NCBI GenBank assembly: GCA_020852715.1
Contig: JADZAE010000077.1
Coordinates: forward strand, 39,622-103,621
Reading direction: 5' to 3'
Source of the DNA: Deltaproteobacteria bacterium
Lineage (GTDB): Bacteria; Bdellovibrionota_C; UBA2361; SZUA-149; JADZAE01
DNA length: 64,000 bases
Shown here: one piece after another, positions 20,752-32,782 of the stretch
Layout: each line of letters begins with the position of its first letter
Position numbering within the stretch: position 1 is the stretch's first letter
Made by a program: the position numbers and the translations under genes
The notes under the pieces: model-generated
What the model saw: only the letters and a program-made list of their open reading frames with translations
What the model was told of the DNA's origin: nothing
The model's database searches: none

Positions 20752-21083
20752 CCGGCTTCGCAGGTAAAGGCAGCCATGGGATCATCAGTATTATTTCTTT
20801 CGCAGTTTTCCACACAGACTTTACAAGTAGTAAATTGGCTCGACATACTAAGCGCGCAAATGCCATTTTGTTTTTGGCAAGTGGCGAATTGGCGGCAATT
20901 ATCGCCGAGCTGATACTCTTCCGTGCACATTTGTGGTTCATCGAGCTCGGTGCATTGAATATCAAGTCCGTGGCAGGGAGTAATTGCGCACTGTTTGGTG
21001 CTATCATCGCCGGAGGTGCCGCCACAGCTTAAAAGAAAGATAAAAGAAGCTAAGACGGCGATGGATAAATTTCTATGTCGCAT
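20736..21083 (-). CDS. Cys-rich small lipoprotein (lipobox LLSCGG). Tandem paralog of 20350..20751.
   Basis: MRHRNLSIAVLASFIFLLSCGG... The mature domain has the same Cys spacing as its neighbour. It overlaps the neighbour by 16 nt. Confidence 0.55.
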   Translation of the reverse strand: MRHRNLSIAVLASFIFLLSCGGTSGDDSTKQCAITPCHGLDIQCTELDEPQMCTEEYQLGDNCRQFATCQKQNGICALSMSSQFTTCKVCVENCERNNTDDPMAAFTCEAGCLNN

Positions 21084-21281
21084 GATCGCCTTTCGTTTAG
21101 TTTATGAAGTTATTATGATTTGCTTGCTATGCAAGTCGCACGTTGATCATATTAGTCCGTTAGCGGGAATATAAGCAATTTGTTTATTTATTTTGCAAAG
21201 GCTTAATATAACTAGCTTGCTTATGCCTCTAAAAGCGGCCTAAACTCTAAAAATTATTAGAATTTAGCCGATAATGACTTT

Positions 21282-22739
21282 ATGTGGGGTTCTTTCAAAA
21301 TATCTTGTGCGGTTCTGTTAGGAGTCTTCAGCCTGGGTGTAATTTTTATCTTATCCCCTGCTCTAGCTCAAGCCGATGCGCTGGTTAGTGAGGTCAATAG
21401 TAACGGCCGGATTATCACACTAACTGTTAACTATAAGCCGAGCAAAGAAGCATGGGCTAATCATATTACTACTCAGGCAAAGATATTTTTGCAGGCGTTT
21501 GAACCGTATTTGGGAATTAATTTGCCGGCGTGGGCAAATAACCAGGTGGTTATTAATGGCTGCGACAGTTGTCAGGCGCGGCTTGATGGTGGACAGATTT
21601 ATGTGCAGTAAGTTGATACGCTTAAGTCTAAGCCAGCGTTGGTGATGCATGAGTTGGGACATTACTGGTATTATTATTGTCAGAACTCTGCGTGTCAGGA
21701 GTGATTGGTTGAGGGTATTACTAGCTTTATTTCGGTGATGCTCAGACGTGCGCATTTGTTGCCTAATGACTTTAGTTGTCGGGATGAAGTTAATCGTTGG
21801 TGGGGTTATGATTGGAATCTAACACCAGGCACTTCGTTAAAAGATGTTCCGCTTTGTCCGTTTGATGAGAGCAAGCGCAGTTTGATTTATTATAAATCGT
21901 TTCGCCTTCAGCATTTGATTTATTTTACTTTGGGAAAAACTCGTTACATCACCTTTTTAAGGAACCTAATCAACAAGCAGTTAAAAACTAATGCTGGAAT
22001 CATTGCTGAGCTTAATATATTGAGGCCAGTGGACTTAAATACTTTACTTACGGGTTGGGTATTTGGCAGGCAGTATTTGGGTTACAAGATGAGCGATTTT
22101 GCCAAGGATTACGATTCGGATGGTTTATCAAAGGTAGAAGAAATGGCGCTCGGGCTTTCGGATAATGTTTATGATGCTGATCGGGATGGAATTCCGGACG
22201 GTGCGGAGATACGAGCACTTAGAAATCCTAGAAAAACTGATGCTGATGGAGTTTCGCAGCTCTTGCGCTATGGTCCGTTTATTGACGGTGGGCAGCGGGA
22301 TTGGACGTATTTTAGTTATTCTACGGCGGATGATTCGGTCGATGATCAAGTCGGCCGGAGCTGGGCTGACATGACGAGGATGCAATATTATATTCAGGGG
22401 GGATATTTATTTATCTTAGTGAAGACAAGAGGCTACCCACCGCGTTCGTCCAATGTATTTTTTGATTTATTGATCGATACAGATAGGGACTATTATACAG
22501 ATGTAGAGTTTGCCTTCTTGCTAAATAATAAAGCTTACCCGTGGCAATATGTGGTGGATATAGAGAAATCATCCAATCCCACTGCTCTTCGCGCCGGGAT
22601 AGCCCGCTACATAGAGATGAAGATTCCTCTCTCCAAAATCCCAGTTTCCGACTTCCAAGTCTTACCGATTATACGTAACAGCCAAACCGCCACCAACCTA
22701 GATCAGTGGAGCACCTGGATCCCTACCAGCCTCCCATAA
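21282..22739 (+). pseudogene. Secreted HExxH zinc-metalloprotease-like protein (signal peptide, HELGH). Interrupted by an in-frame TAA (21609-21611) and TGA (21702-21704).
   Basis: 21282 and 21705 are in the same frame: ...GGQIYVQ*VDTLKSKPALVMHELGHYWYYYCQNSACQE*LVEGITS... C-terminal region has Asp-rich Ca-binding-like repeats (DSDGLS, DADRDGIPDGAE). Confidence 0.55.
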
Positions 22740-22757
22740 CGCCCCCGCCAACCCCCG

Positions 22758-22853
22758 CTGGTGTAGGGCACCAATGATAGCAATCCACATCTAATTCTTA
22801 TAAGGGGTTACCTAACTTACTCACCTTGGCTTCAGGTGCAGGGCCCCAGCGGG
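22758..22853. repeat. REP-like palindromic repeat cluster A: two inverted units (gctggtgtagggcaccaa 22758-22775; caggtgcagggccccagcggg 22834-22853).
   Basis: Family consensus near CTGGTGCAGGGCACCA (GGTGC-N3-GCACC palindrome). It recurs in clusters B, C and D and at about 42008-42030. Confidence 0.55.
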
Positions 22854-23036
22854 AAGCGAGAACTCGCCTAGTTTAAGTGAAATAATTTTAGCTATGTGGT
22901 ATCTCGAGTTGCCTTTTTATTAGATTTAGAATATTAATGAAAGGTATTGATATTTTCAATGCCCAGCTGGGGGCATGGTATTCAAAGAGGTTTTGGTTTT
23001 CCGAGTTTTGGAGATCCAGAAAGAGGTAAGTAAGAA

Positions 23037-23465
23037 ATGGGAAGAACAGAGGTGTTGTTCGTTGAGGAATGGGGATGTCGGTTCAATTGTTTTCGGACGG
23101 CATTGAAAGCATTGGAGTTACCGGGGGTAACCTTCGATGCGGTGCAATTGCTGCCCAATGGTATGTATCAGATTAATTTTCGAGATCGTTTGCTTGGCGC
23201 TAGAGAAATCAGCGACATCCAGAATGATCTGCATCGACGGTTTCCTGACATCGTGATTCTTTCTCTGAGAAATTATGATCGGCTGAAAGAGGTATTCCGT
23301 TCTCTTAATTTTCCCGAGGATCGTTTGATATTGACCACTGATACTGCGATGAAAATCGGCGTTTCTTGGGTTGATATTCAAAAAACTGAGATCGGAAAGA
23401 GCCCTGCCGTTACTGAGACTTTTCTGGCTTTGCTAGATGAAGTTACGGTTGGCGCGGCAGTATAA
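23037..23465 (+). CDS. Hypothetical protein (142 aa).
   Basis: Intact ORF followed by a strong terminator. No domain I recognise. Confidence 0.45.
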   Translation: MGRTEVLFVEEWGCRFNCFRTALKALELPGVTFDAVQLLPNGMYQINFRDRLLGAREISDIQNDLHRRFPDIVILSLRNYDRLKEVFRSLNFPEDRLILTTDTAMKIGVSWVDIQKTEIGKSPAVTETFLALLDEVTVGAAV

Positions 23466-23480
23466 GCGAAGGTTCATACC

Positions 23481-23506
23481 GAGCCACCACTAGTGGCTCT
23501 TTTTTT
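23481..23506 (+). terminator. Rho-independent terminator (gagccac-cacta-gtggctc + T7).
   Basis: Perfect 7-bp stem plus a T-run, directly after the 23037..23465 ORF. Confidence 0.75.
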
Positions 23507-23532
23507 GTACGAAAATACAAATTTCGTTATCA

Positions 23533-24536
<1,004 letters not shown>

Positions 24537-24553
24537 ATTGCCCGCCGATTGGA

Positions 24554-25918
<1,365 letters not shown>

Positions 25919-26071
25919 TTACAAACCAAAAGCTTTGCACCCGGGCGGGGTTATATAGGTGGCTATAGTATATGATATGTTGACTTAAACAAGATCCTGC
26001 TATGTTTAGATTATAAATTTCTTAATAATGGGAAGCTCTAAATGTATTTGGATTGGAAATATACGACAGAA

Positions 26072-26111
26072 GGAGGTTTTGAACCTATACGGCCCCATAG
26101 CCAAAACCTCC
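26072..26111. repeat. Hairpin H1 (GGAGGTTTT-N22-AAAACCTCC), 15 nt downstream of the stop of minus-strand gene 26126..26540.
   Basis: The same arm sequence occurs at 26792-26833 after the paralogous cassette. Confidence 0.5.
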
Positions 26112-26125
26112 TCCCCCATTTCGTT

Positions 26126-26540
26126 TTACTTTGCGGCAGTTACAGCGAGTGGCTGTCGCTTTTGCTCGAGTAATTTGGACCTCAATACACTGAGTTCCTG
26201 ACTGAGCTGGAGCTTCTCCTCCGTAAGCAAATCAACTTCTTCATTAGCAGCTTTGATTTGCTTTTCTACCTCCTCCCCTTTCAGCGAGTGAGCGATGGCC
26301 AGCCTCTGCCATTTGGGAAAGTCATACCACTGCGTACCTTCGTCCATCTTCCGCACATACTCGCCGGACGTGGCATAGTGGTTCATCATTTCCTTATGCA
26401 GTTGGGTTACCCGGCTATAGCCTGCAGAAATCTGCTGCTCCTTCTACTGCACAGCCAACTGAGCCTTCTGCAGCTCAGTTTGCTTTTTTGTGCCATTTGA
26501 TTTGGCTCCATTGCCTTTGATACTGCCATTGCTTGTAATC
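26126..26540 (-). pseudogene. Small coiled-coil protein (cassette 1). Start at 26540 with a GGAGG RBS. In-frame TAG at about 26445-26447.
   Basis: MITSNGSIKGNGAKSNGTKKQTELQKAQLAVQ*KEQQISAGYSRVTQLHKEMMNHYATSGEYVRKMDEG...LLEQKRQPLAVTAAK. The ORF track shows only the part after the TAG (26126..26389). Confidence 0.4.
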
Positions 26541-26565
26541 ATTTATAACCTCCAAATAATAATAA

Positions 26566-26620
26566 TCCTAGCACGCTAGGCTTAGTAGATGAGCTGCACC
26601 TACTAAACCCAGCACGCTGA
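26566..26620. repeat. 55-bp palindromic element P, copy 1 (CCTAGCACGCTAGGCTTAGTAG-N11-CTACTAAACCCAGCACGCTGAT), 26 nt upstream of the cassette-1 start codon.
   Basis: An imperfect copy of the perfect palindrome at 27291-27345. It sits in the 5' UTR or promoter. Confidence 0.5.
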
Positions 26621-26791
26621 TAATATTAGAGTGGCGGTTAAATTAAATTTACCTATTGTTCCAACCTTAACTCCTTCTGCTTACGTAAGCAGAAAATCTG
26701 AACTTCTTAGTTCAAATCTTTCTTCTACCAATCTTATAATCTTCGTTTTTACTAGCTATCTGATAAAACAAACTAACAAATAATACTGCAG

Positions 26792-26833
26792 GGGGAGGTT
26801 TAAAACCAATTGCCGAGTGGCGAAAACCTCCCC
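26792..26833. repeat. Hairpin H2 (GGGGAGGTTT-N21-AAAACCTCCCC), 14 nt downstream of the stop of minus-strand gene 26847..27263.
   Basis: Paralogous to H1 at 26072-26111. Confidence 0.5.
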
Positions 26834-26846
26834 TTGCAGCATCTGC

Positions 26847-27263
26847 CTAAGCGCTCGTTGTTTCGCCTAGTATCCTCTTTGGCTGCCTTCTGGCCGCTGA
26901 GCGGGCAAGCCTTCGAATGGCAGCCCGTTGTTCGGGCGAATTAACCTTCGGGGCCGGATTGGCTGCCGTAGCCTTTTCGAGCATGGAAATCTCCATCTCC
27001 ACTCGGGCCAATGCCCTCTCAGAATCAGCGACGTTCCGAGAAAGCGCCTCCTGGCGCTCTTTGCGCGTCTTGAAGCCGGGTGGCATCTTAATAACGCACT
27101 TCAACTGGTCAAGGCGAATCAAAACTCTCCCCGGCGAAGAAATCGGAGCTCTCCGCAAATCCGCCAACTCCTTTTTCCAAGCAGCTATCTGCTCCTTCAG
27201 CAGATTTTTGGCCCTACGTAATGCTGGCATAGCCTTCGGTTCCCCATTTGCTACTGCTTCCAT
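26847..27263 (-). CDS. Small coiled-coil protein (cassette 2, 138 aa).
   Basis: GGAG RBS 7 nt upstream. MEAVANGEPKAMPALRRAKNLLKEQIAAWKKELADLRR... Antisense plus-strand ORFs here are probably spurious. Confidence 0.5.
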   Translation of the reverse strand: MEAVANGEPKAMPALRRAKNLLKEQIAAWKKELADLRRAPISSPGRVLIRLDQLKCVIKMPPGFKTRKERQEALSRNVADSERALARVEMEISMLEKATAANPAPKVNSPEQRAAIRRLARSAARRQPKRILGETTSA

Positions 27264-27290
27264 TGGTTTTCTCCAACTACAGGATTTTAT

Positions 27291-27345
27291 CCTAGCACTC
27301 TAGGTTTAATGGCTGACAATCAACCATTAAACCTAGAGTGCTAGG
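27291..27345. repeat. 55-bp palindromic element P, copy 2: perfect 22-bp arms CCTAGCACTCTAGGTTTAATGG / CCATTAAACCTAGAGTGCTAGG with an 11-bp spacer, 27 nt upstream of the cassette-2 start codon.
   Basis: Perfect inverted repeat read directly. The upstream regions of the two cassettes are also homologous (ctgcttacgtaagcagaaa...cttctacc). Confidence 0.6.
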
Positions 27346-27538
27346 CCATCAATCGGAGAAGCAATTTAGTAGCTTAGTCTAAAAAAACCTTACTTATCCT
27401 CCTGCTTAGTAAGCTGTAAGTATTAAGTTTACTAAGATGTAAGCAGAAATACTTCTACCCAAATTACCCGAGCCTCAAAGACTCAAACATTTGAAGGCGG
27501 CACCATAAACAGATACAGGACTTTTGTCAAGAATCGCC

Positions 27539-27657
27539 CTAGTGCCCTACACCCACCTCATAGGACTCTCGTAGCTGGTGCAGGGCACCAATCTCTCAAT
27601 ATCCCTCAATCCTAACTCCCTAATATCTTGAATTAATTCTGGTGCAGGGCGCCAAAA
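27539..27657. repeat. REP-like palindromic repeat cluster B (units at 27539-27557, 27574-27591 and 27638-27657).
   Basis: ctagtgccctacacccacc; gctggtgcagggcaccaa; tctggtgcagggcgccaaaa. Confidence 0.55.
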
Positions 27658-27730
27658 CTAGAATAACTAAGCGCGAAAGGCTATGACTTATAGTCGCAAA
27701 GAATAAATTGATCGGAGGATAATTAAATTT

Positions 27731-28309
27731 ATGAATTATTGCCTTAAACGAATATTTATATCCCTATTAATTGTTGGATTAATTAGCTTAGCTAGCCTCG
27801 CCAAGGCTGAAGGCAACTCACCCACTAAAGAACAGATGCTGGCTATAGTTAAAGAGGCGGTTGCTCATGTCAAAAAGGTTGAAAAAGAACAAGCTTTAAA
27901 GGATTTTTCTGATAAGAAAGGAAATTTTGTTCGTTTTAATGGGGAGTTATATCTTTATGCATATGATTTTAAGTGCGTTAACTTAGCGCATGGCGCAAAG
28001 CCTGAACTAATTGGTAAAGACTTAACCTCATACAAAGACAGCTCTGGAATGTTTGTGATTCAGCAGCTGCGTGACACAGCGAAATTTAATAGCTTAAAAT
28101 GCTGCAAGGCTCTTATTCCTGAGTGCCTTCAATGTGCAAAAGACCTTGGCGAGAATAAAGAAATTGTCGCGCGCAATGGGTTTTTAAATTTTCACTGGGA
28201 CAATCCGGCAACCGGAAAAGATAGTATGAAGCTTGGGTATGTTGAGAAAGTAGATGATACTTTTTGGGTAGGATCAGGTATTTATTTATCGGATAAAACT
28301 GATAAATAG
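27731..28309 (+). CDS. Secreted stand-alone single-Cache (sCache_2-like) sensor-domain protein.
   Basis: Signal peptide. YLYAYDFKCVNLAHGAKPELIGKDLTSYKDSSG...GFLNFHWDNPATGKDSMKLGYVEKVDDTFWVGSGIY matches the sCache_2 pattern. Confidence 0.55.
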   Translation: MNYCLKRIFISLLIVGLISLASLAKAEGNSPTKEQMLAIVKEAVAHVKKVEKEQALKDFSDKKGNFVRFNGELYLYAYDFKCVNLAHGAKPELIGKDLTSYKDSSGMFVIQQLRDTAKFNSLKCCKALIPECLQCAKDLGENKEIVARNGFLNFHWDNPATGKDSMKLGYVEKVDDTFWVGSGIYLSDKTDK

Positions 28310-28419
28310 GCCATCCTACAATTTAATCTGGGGTTTAATAAAAAAGAAAGTTCTTATGCTCCCGTCTAGCACCTATAACCCTGGTAGGTTAGTAGTTCGT
28401 CTCCATATGAAAGCAGGGC

Positions 28420-29466
28420 ATGAAAATTATGGTTCCGAATAATAGCGTTGTTTTGCCGGCAGAATGGTACAAGCAAAGTGCCGTACAACTAACATGGCCG
28501 CACGCAAAGACCGATTGGGCACCATATTTAGAAGAGGCCAATGAGTGTTTTGTCAATATTGCAGAGGAAATAATAAAACGCGAAAAGCTGCTTATTGTCA
28601 CTCCCGAACCAGATAAAGTTAGGAGTTTATTAGCCCACTGCCCCCAAGACAACATTATTTACGCCAAGCTTCCAACTAATGATACCTGGGCAAGAGATCA
28701 TGCGGGGATCACGGTGCTTGAGCACGGCAATCCAGTCGTTTTAGACTTTAGGTTTAATGGATGGGGAAATAAATTTGCCGCTGAGTTAGATAATCAAATC
28801 AATAAGGGAATAAGCAATCTGCATTTGTTTTCTGCAGATATCTCCCTAAGAAGCAAGAAAGACTTTGTTCTTGAGGGTGGTTCCGTTGAGTCAGATGGCT
28901 GTGGAACTTTACTCACTACAAACCACTGCTTAATGGCGCCCAATCGTAACGATCGCATGAGTAAGGCAGATATTGAAAATTATTTGTTGAAAACTTTCGG
29001 TCTTAACCGCGTTTTATGGCTAAATTATGGACATCTTGAAGGCGATGATACTGATGGTCATATTGATACTTTGGTAAGATTTTGTAACGCGAAGACTCTT
29101 GCTTATGTGAAGTGTTCTGATACGAGTGATTCGCATTATCCAGAACTCCAAAAAATGGAGGCAGCATTAACAGAATTTAGAACTGCTGCCGGCAAGCCAT
29201 ACCAATTAGTCCCTTTGCCTCATGCTGAAGCTATTTGGGAAAATGGCGAAAGACTTCCAGCAACATATGCGAACTTCCTGATTATTAACGGCGCCGTCTT
29301 AATGCCGATATACGGAATAAAAGAGGATAAAATAGCTGTGGCTGCAATAAAAACTGCATTCCCAAACCGGGAAGTGGTTGAAATAAACTGCCGAGTTCTG
29401 ATAAAACAACACGGATCTTTACACTGCGTAACTATGCAATATCCTGAGGGAGTTTTTAATGGCTAA
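28420..29466 (+). CDS. aguA: Agmatine deiminase.
   Basis: PAD_porph-family signatures (LPAEWYKQSAVQLTWPH...). 348 aa, intact. Confidence 0.88.
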   Translation: MKIMVPNNSVVLPAEWYKQSAVQLTWPHAKTDWAPYLEEANECFVNIAEEIIKREKLLIVTPEPDKVRSLLAHCPQDNIIYAKLPTNDTWARDHAGITVLEHGNPVVLDFRFNGWGNKFAAELDNQINKGISNLHLFSADISLRSKKDFVLEGGSVESDGCGTLLTTNHCLMAPNRNDRMSKADIENYLLKTFGLNRVLWLNYGHLEGDDTDGHIDTLVRFCNAKTLAYVKCSDTSDSHYPELQKMEAALTEFRTAAGKPYQLVPLPHAEAIWENGERLPATYANFLIINGAVLMPIYGIKEDKIAVAAIKTAFPNREVVEINCRVLIKQHGSLHCVTMQYPEGVFNG

Positions 29467-30346
29467 AACTATTTCTGTAGGAATAATTCAGCAACAAAAT
29501 GGACCCGCCGTCAAAGCGAACTTGGATAAGTTAAGCCAAAACATCGCTTTTTGTGCCGACTCCGGCGCTCAGCTGATAATCTTAATGGAATTGCATAATA
29601 CTTTATATTTTTGTCAAACAGAGGATCCAGCATGTTTTGACCTAGCAGAAACGATCCCCGGACCCTCGACGGAAAAGCTTGGCGAGTTGGCTAAATCTCA
29701 TGGCGTGGTAATAGTAGCTTCGTTATTTGAAAAACGTGCCCAAGGCCTCTATCATAATTCCGCTGTTGCCTTCGAAAAAGACGGGTCAATTGCTGGAGTA
29801 TATCGAAAAATGCATATTCCCGATGATCCCGGTTTTTATGAAAAGTTTTATTTCACACCCGGAGACTTAGGGTTTTCTCCAATTGAAACATCCTTAGGTA
29901 AAATAGGAGTGTTAGTTTGCTGGGACCAGTGGTACCCCGAAGCTAGCCGACTAATGGCTATGGCTGGAGCTGATTTACTGGTTTATCCTACTGCGATTGG
30001 TTGGGATAAAAGCGAACCGATTGACGAACAGAAAAGACAACTTGATGCTTGGATTACTATACAAAGATCCCATGCTGTAGCCAACGGAATACCCGTGATT
30101 GCGGTTAATCGCGTTGGATTTGAACCCAATCCGTTAAATCCCCAACAAGGCATAGATTTTTGGGGAAACAGTTTTGCGATTGGACCGCAAGGAGAATTCC
30201 TCATACAAGCATCGTCGGATAAAGAGGAGAACTTAGTAGTTACCCTCGACAGTACTCGCACGGAAGAAGTTCGCAGAATGTGGCCATTTCTTCGCGACCG
30301 GCGAATCGATTCTTACCAGGAAATCTTGAAACGATTTATTGATTAG
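29459..30346 (+). CDS. aguB: N-carbamoylputrescine amidase (nitrilase superfamily).
   Basis: CN-hydrolase fold (VGIIQQQ..., CWDQWYPE). Overlaps aguA by 8 nt. Completes the agmatine-to-putrescine route. Confidence 0.88.
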   Translation: MAKTISVGIIQQQNGPAVKANLDKLSQNIAFCADSGAQLIILMELHNTLYFCQTEDPACFDLAETIPGPSTEKLGELAKSHGVVIVASLFEKRAQGLYHNSAVAFEKDGSIAGVYRKMHIPDDPGFYEKFYFTPGDLGFSPIETSLGKIGVLVCWDQWYPEASRLMAMAGADLLVYPTAIGWDKSEPIDEQKRQLDAWITIQRSHAVANGIPVIAVNRVGFEPNPLNPQQGIDFWGNSFAIGPQGEFLIQASSDKEENLVVTLDSTRTEEVRRMWPFLRDRRIDSYQEILKRFID

Positions 30347-30353
30347 CTTGACT

Positions 30354-30417
30354 CTGGTGCCTAGCACCCAATTCTTTATGCTTAAATCCCTTATACTTTT
30401 AGTGCCCTGCACCAAAG
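30354..30417. repeat. REP-like palindromic repeat cluster C (ctggtgcctagcaccca 30354-30370; tagtgccctgcaccaaag 30400-30417).
   Basis: Same family as clusters A, B and D. It lies upstream of the HD pseudogene and the Y1 transposase. Confidence 0.55.
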
Positions 30418-30502
30418 ATGGCCAAAGATACAATAGGCAGCCTTTTAAGAATTTTGATATGACCTACATGGCATTAATAAAGTCTTTTGAGGAATTTTCG
30501 TA

Positions 30503-31124
30503 ATGGACAATAGCACGATTATAGAAAAAATAAGGGATCATATAAGAGAAAAGTTCTCTGGAGAGGGATCTGGACATGACTGGTGGCATATTTATCGAGT
30601 GTGGAAAACTGCTGTTGCTATTGCTCAAAGAGAAGGCGCCGATTTATTTGTCGTGGAATTGGCCGCTCTTTTACATGATATTGCTGATTGGAAATTCAAT
30701 GGCGGAGACGATGAAGCAGGCCCTAAAATGGCAAGAGAATGGTTAGAAGGATTATGCGTAGAAGAATCAATTATCGTTTAAAGGCGCTGGGGTGAGCGCC
30801 TGTATGGCGACATTAGAAGGAATAGTTGTACAAGATGCCGATCGCTTAGATACCATCGGGGCTATCGGAATTGCTCGGGTATTTGCATACGGGGGGCATG
30901 CTAATCGCGAGCTCTATAATCCAGAGGAAAAGCCAAGCCTTCATCAGTCATTTGAGCAATATAAGAACAATAAAAGTTCTTCTATTAATCATTTTTATGA
31001 AAAGCTCTTACTTTTAAAGGACCTTATGAATACAAACACTGCAAAGGTATTAGCCGCAGAAAGACATCAATATATGAATGCCTATCTGGATAGATTCTTC
31101 CAGAAATGGGACGGAGTAGCGTAA
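30503..31124 (+). pseudogene. HD-domain phosphohydrolase (YedJ/YpgQ-like) with a single frameshift near 30762-30781.
   Basis: HDWWHIYRVWKTAVAIAQ...LLHDIAD (frame 2). Then IVVQDADRLDTIGAIGIARVFAYGG continues in frame 0. Confidence 0.65.
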
Positions 31125-31386
31125 TCAACATCGCAATCCATTACTAGATTAATAATCAGCAATATTTAAGTCTTTGTAAATATTATATGATTCTTTATTA
31201 TTGGCAATTTACAGCTAATAACTAACCGCATTTATAGGAAATGATGCTGCTGCAAAAAAACATTACTTCACCCACAAAAAGCTTTTACTATTAAATCAGG
31301 AAGTTGAACTCTTACATAAATTATTTCTTAAAAACATGAACTATTTTGCAATAATTTTCTAATTCTACACGACAATTAATAGGAAC

Positions 31387-31575
31387 GAGGAACGTTTAGT
31401 TCAGGTAGAGAGAAGAACCTTATTTAGGTTAGGATTAGGTTATTTGATGTTTGCTATTTCTTCTCGCTATTTGGATGATCCGCTAAGGGTTAATTGCTAT
31501 TTAGTATAAATTTAAAAACCCCAACGGGAGAACCTCGAAAAAATAAACTTGTTAAATAGCATCTAAACGTTCCTC
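31387..31575. repeat. 13-bp perfect inverted repeat (gaggaacgtttag / ctaaacgttcctc) bracketing 163 bp immediately upstream of the Y1 transposase gene.
   Basis: Read directly from the sequence. It may be a subterminal hairpin or the end of the element. Confidence 0.4.
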
Positions 31576-31604
31576 TCTTTTACGAAGTATTAATCAAAAT
31601 TTGC

Positions 31605-32441
31605 TTGCATAAACAGATGCCTAGAGTAAGAAAAATATATCCCAAAGATAGTATTGTCTTTGTGACGACAAGTACCAAAGACAATCTACCTTTTATCCCC
31701 AATATTCTTATTAATGCTATACTAGCAAGCATTATTGCACGTGCTCAATTTTTGTACGGTCAGCAAATTATTGGTTTTTGCTTTATGGCTAATCACCTCC
31801 ATATGATGATCAAGATCAATATACCAGATACCGCAAGCCGCTTTATTGGCTATATCAAATTTGAATCAGCAAAAGCTGTTAACCAACTACTCGGTAGAGA
31901 ATCGCACAATGTCTGGTGTTCAGGTTTCGATTCTCCTAAAGTTGTTACATACGATACAGTTATCGAAAAACTTAATTACATATACTTGAACCCCGTAAAG
32001 GCGCGCTTAGTAAATTCCATTGAAGAATATCCTGGACTGAGTTCCTGGGAGGCATTTTCACAGGGGCAAATCTGCAAAGAAGTAACTTGGATAAAAGTAT
32101 CAAGTATCACAAAATTAAGAACCACTAAAATGTCGATTGTCGAACAAAAAATGGAATTAAATAAGTTAATGAGCTGCAATGACAAAAAGTATAATTTTAA
32201 AATTTCTCCTAATGCTTGGCTGGAATGTTATCCCGAGATAAAACATCAAAAGCCTCACAATGTAATTAAGAAAATGATTAACCAAATTAAAAAAGCTGAA
32301 GAAGAATATAAAAAAGATAAGCCAAAAATATTTGGAGTTCTCAGGCTACAAACTCAAGAAATAAACGCCGAATATAAGAGCAAAAACAAGGAAGAAGAAC
32401 CTCATTTATTAGCTCTAATATCGCTCTCCGCGTGCATTTAA
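31605..32441 (+). mobile_element. Y1 HUH tyrosine transposase (IS200/IS605 TnpA-like / REP-associated RayT-like), 278 aa with a Lys/Glu-rich C-terminal extension.
   Basis: HUH motif ANHLHMMIKI and catalytic Tyr motif YIYLNPVKARLV. Flanked at a distance by REP-like clusters C and D. Confidence 0.7.
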
Positions 32442-32782
32442 TTAAGCGGCACAAGAACAATACTAACATTGCAAAGGAGGCATGGAAGTCAATAAAATTT
32501 GGAGTAAAAGCCGATCTTCTACCGGGCTACTACGCTCCCGGAGGGATTCTGCATAGCAACATTATTAATTTTAATGTCTCTACCCCACTAGATTTAATTT
32601 AAAACGAAAACATCATAAAGTATCAACTGCTACTAAACTATGCCTTTTAAAAGTTCGCAAGGACAGCCATTTAGCGGTCCAAATAAGGCGAATTTTAAAC
32701 TATTTCGTCAACCGCTCTAATCTTCTAGTCTTATTCTATACAACAAATTCACCATACTGCCTCTGATTCTTCACCCCTTTCC

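Noticed and set aside
26258-27303. Plus-strand ORFs 26258..26500, 26917..27303 and 26928..27221 as genes
   Set aside because: They are antisense to the RBS-preceded minus-strand coiled-coil genes, lack RBSs and have low-complexity composition. They are probably spurious.
27291-27345. CIRCE/HrcA operator resemblance (AGCACTC ... GAGTGCT halves)
   Set aside because: CIRCE is TTAGCACTC-N9-GAGTGCTAA. Here the halves are separated by about 35 bp, the flanks differ, and no groES/groEL/dnaK genes follow. More likely this is a member of the local palindromic-repeat family.
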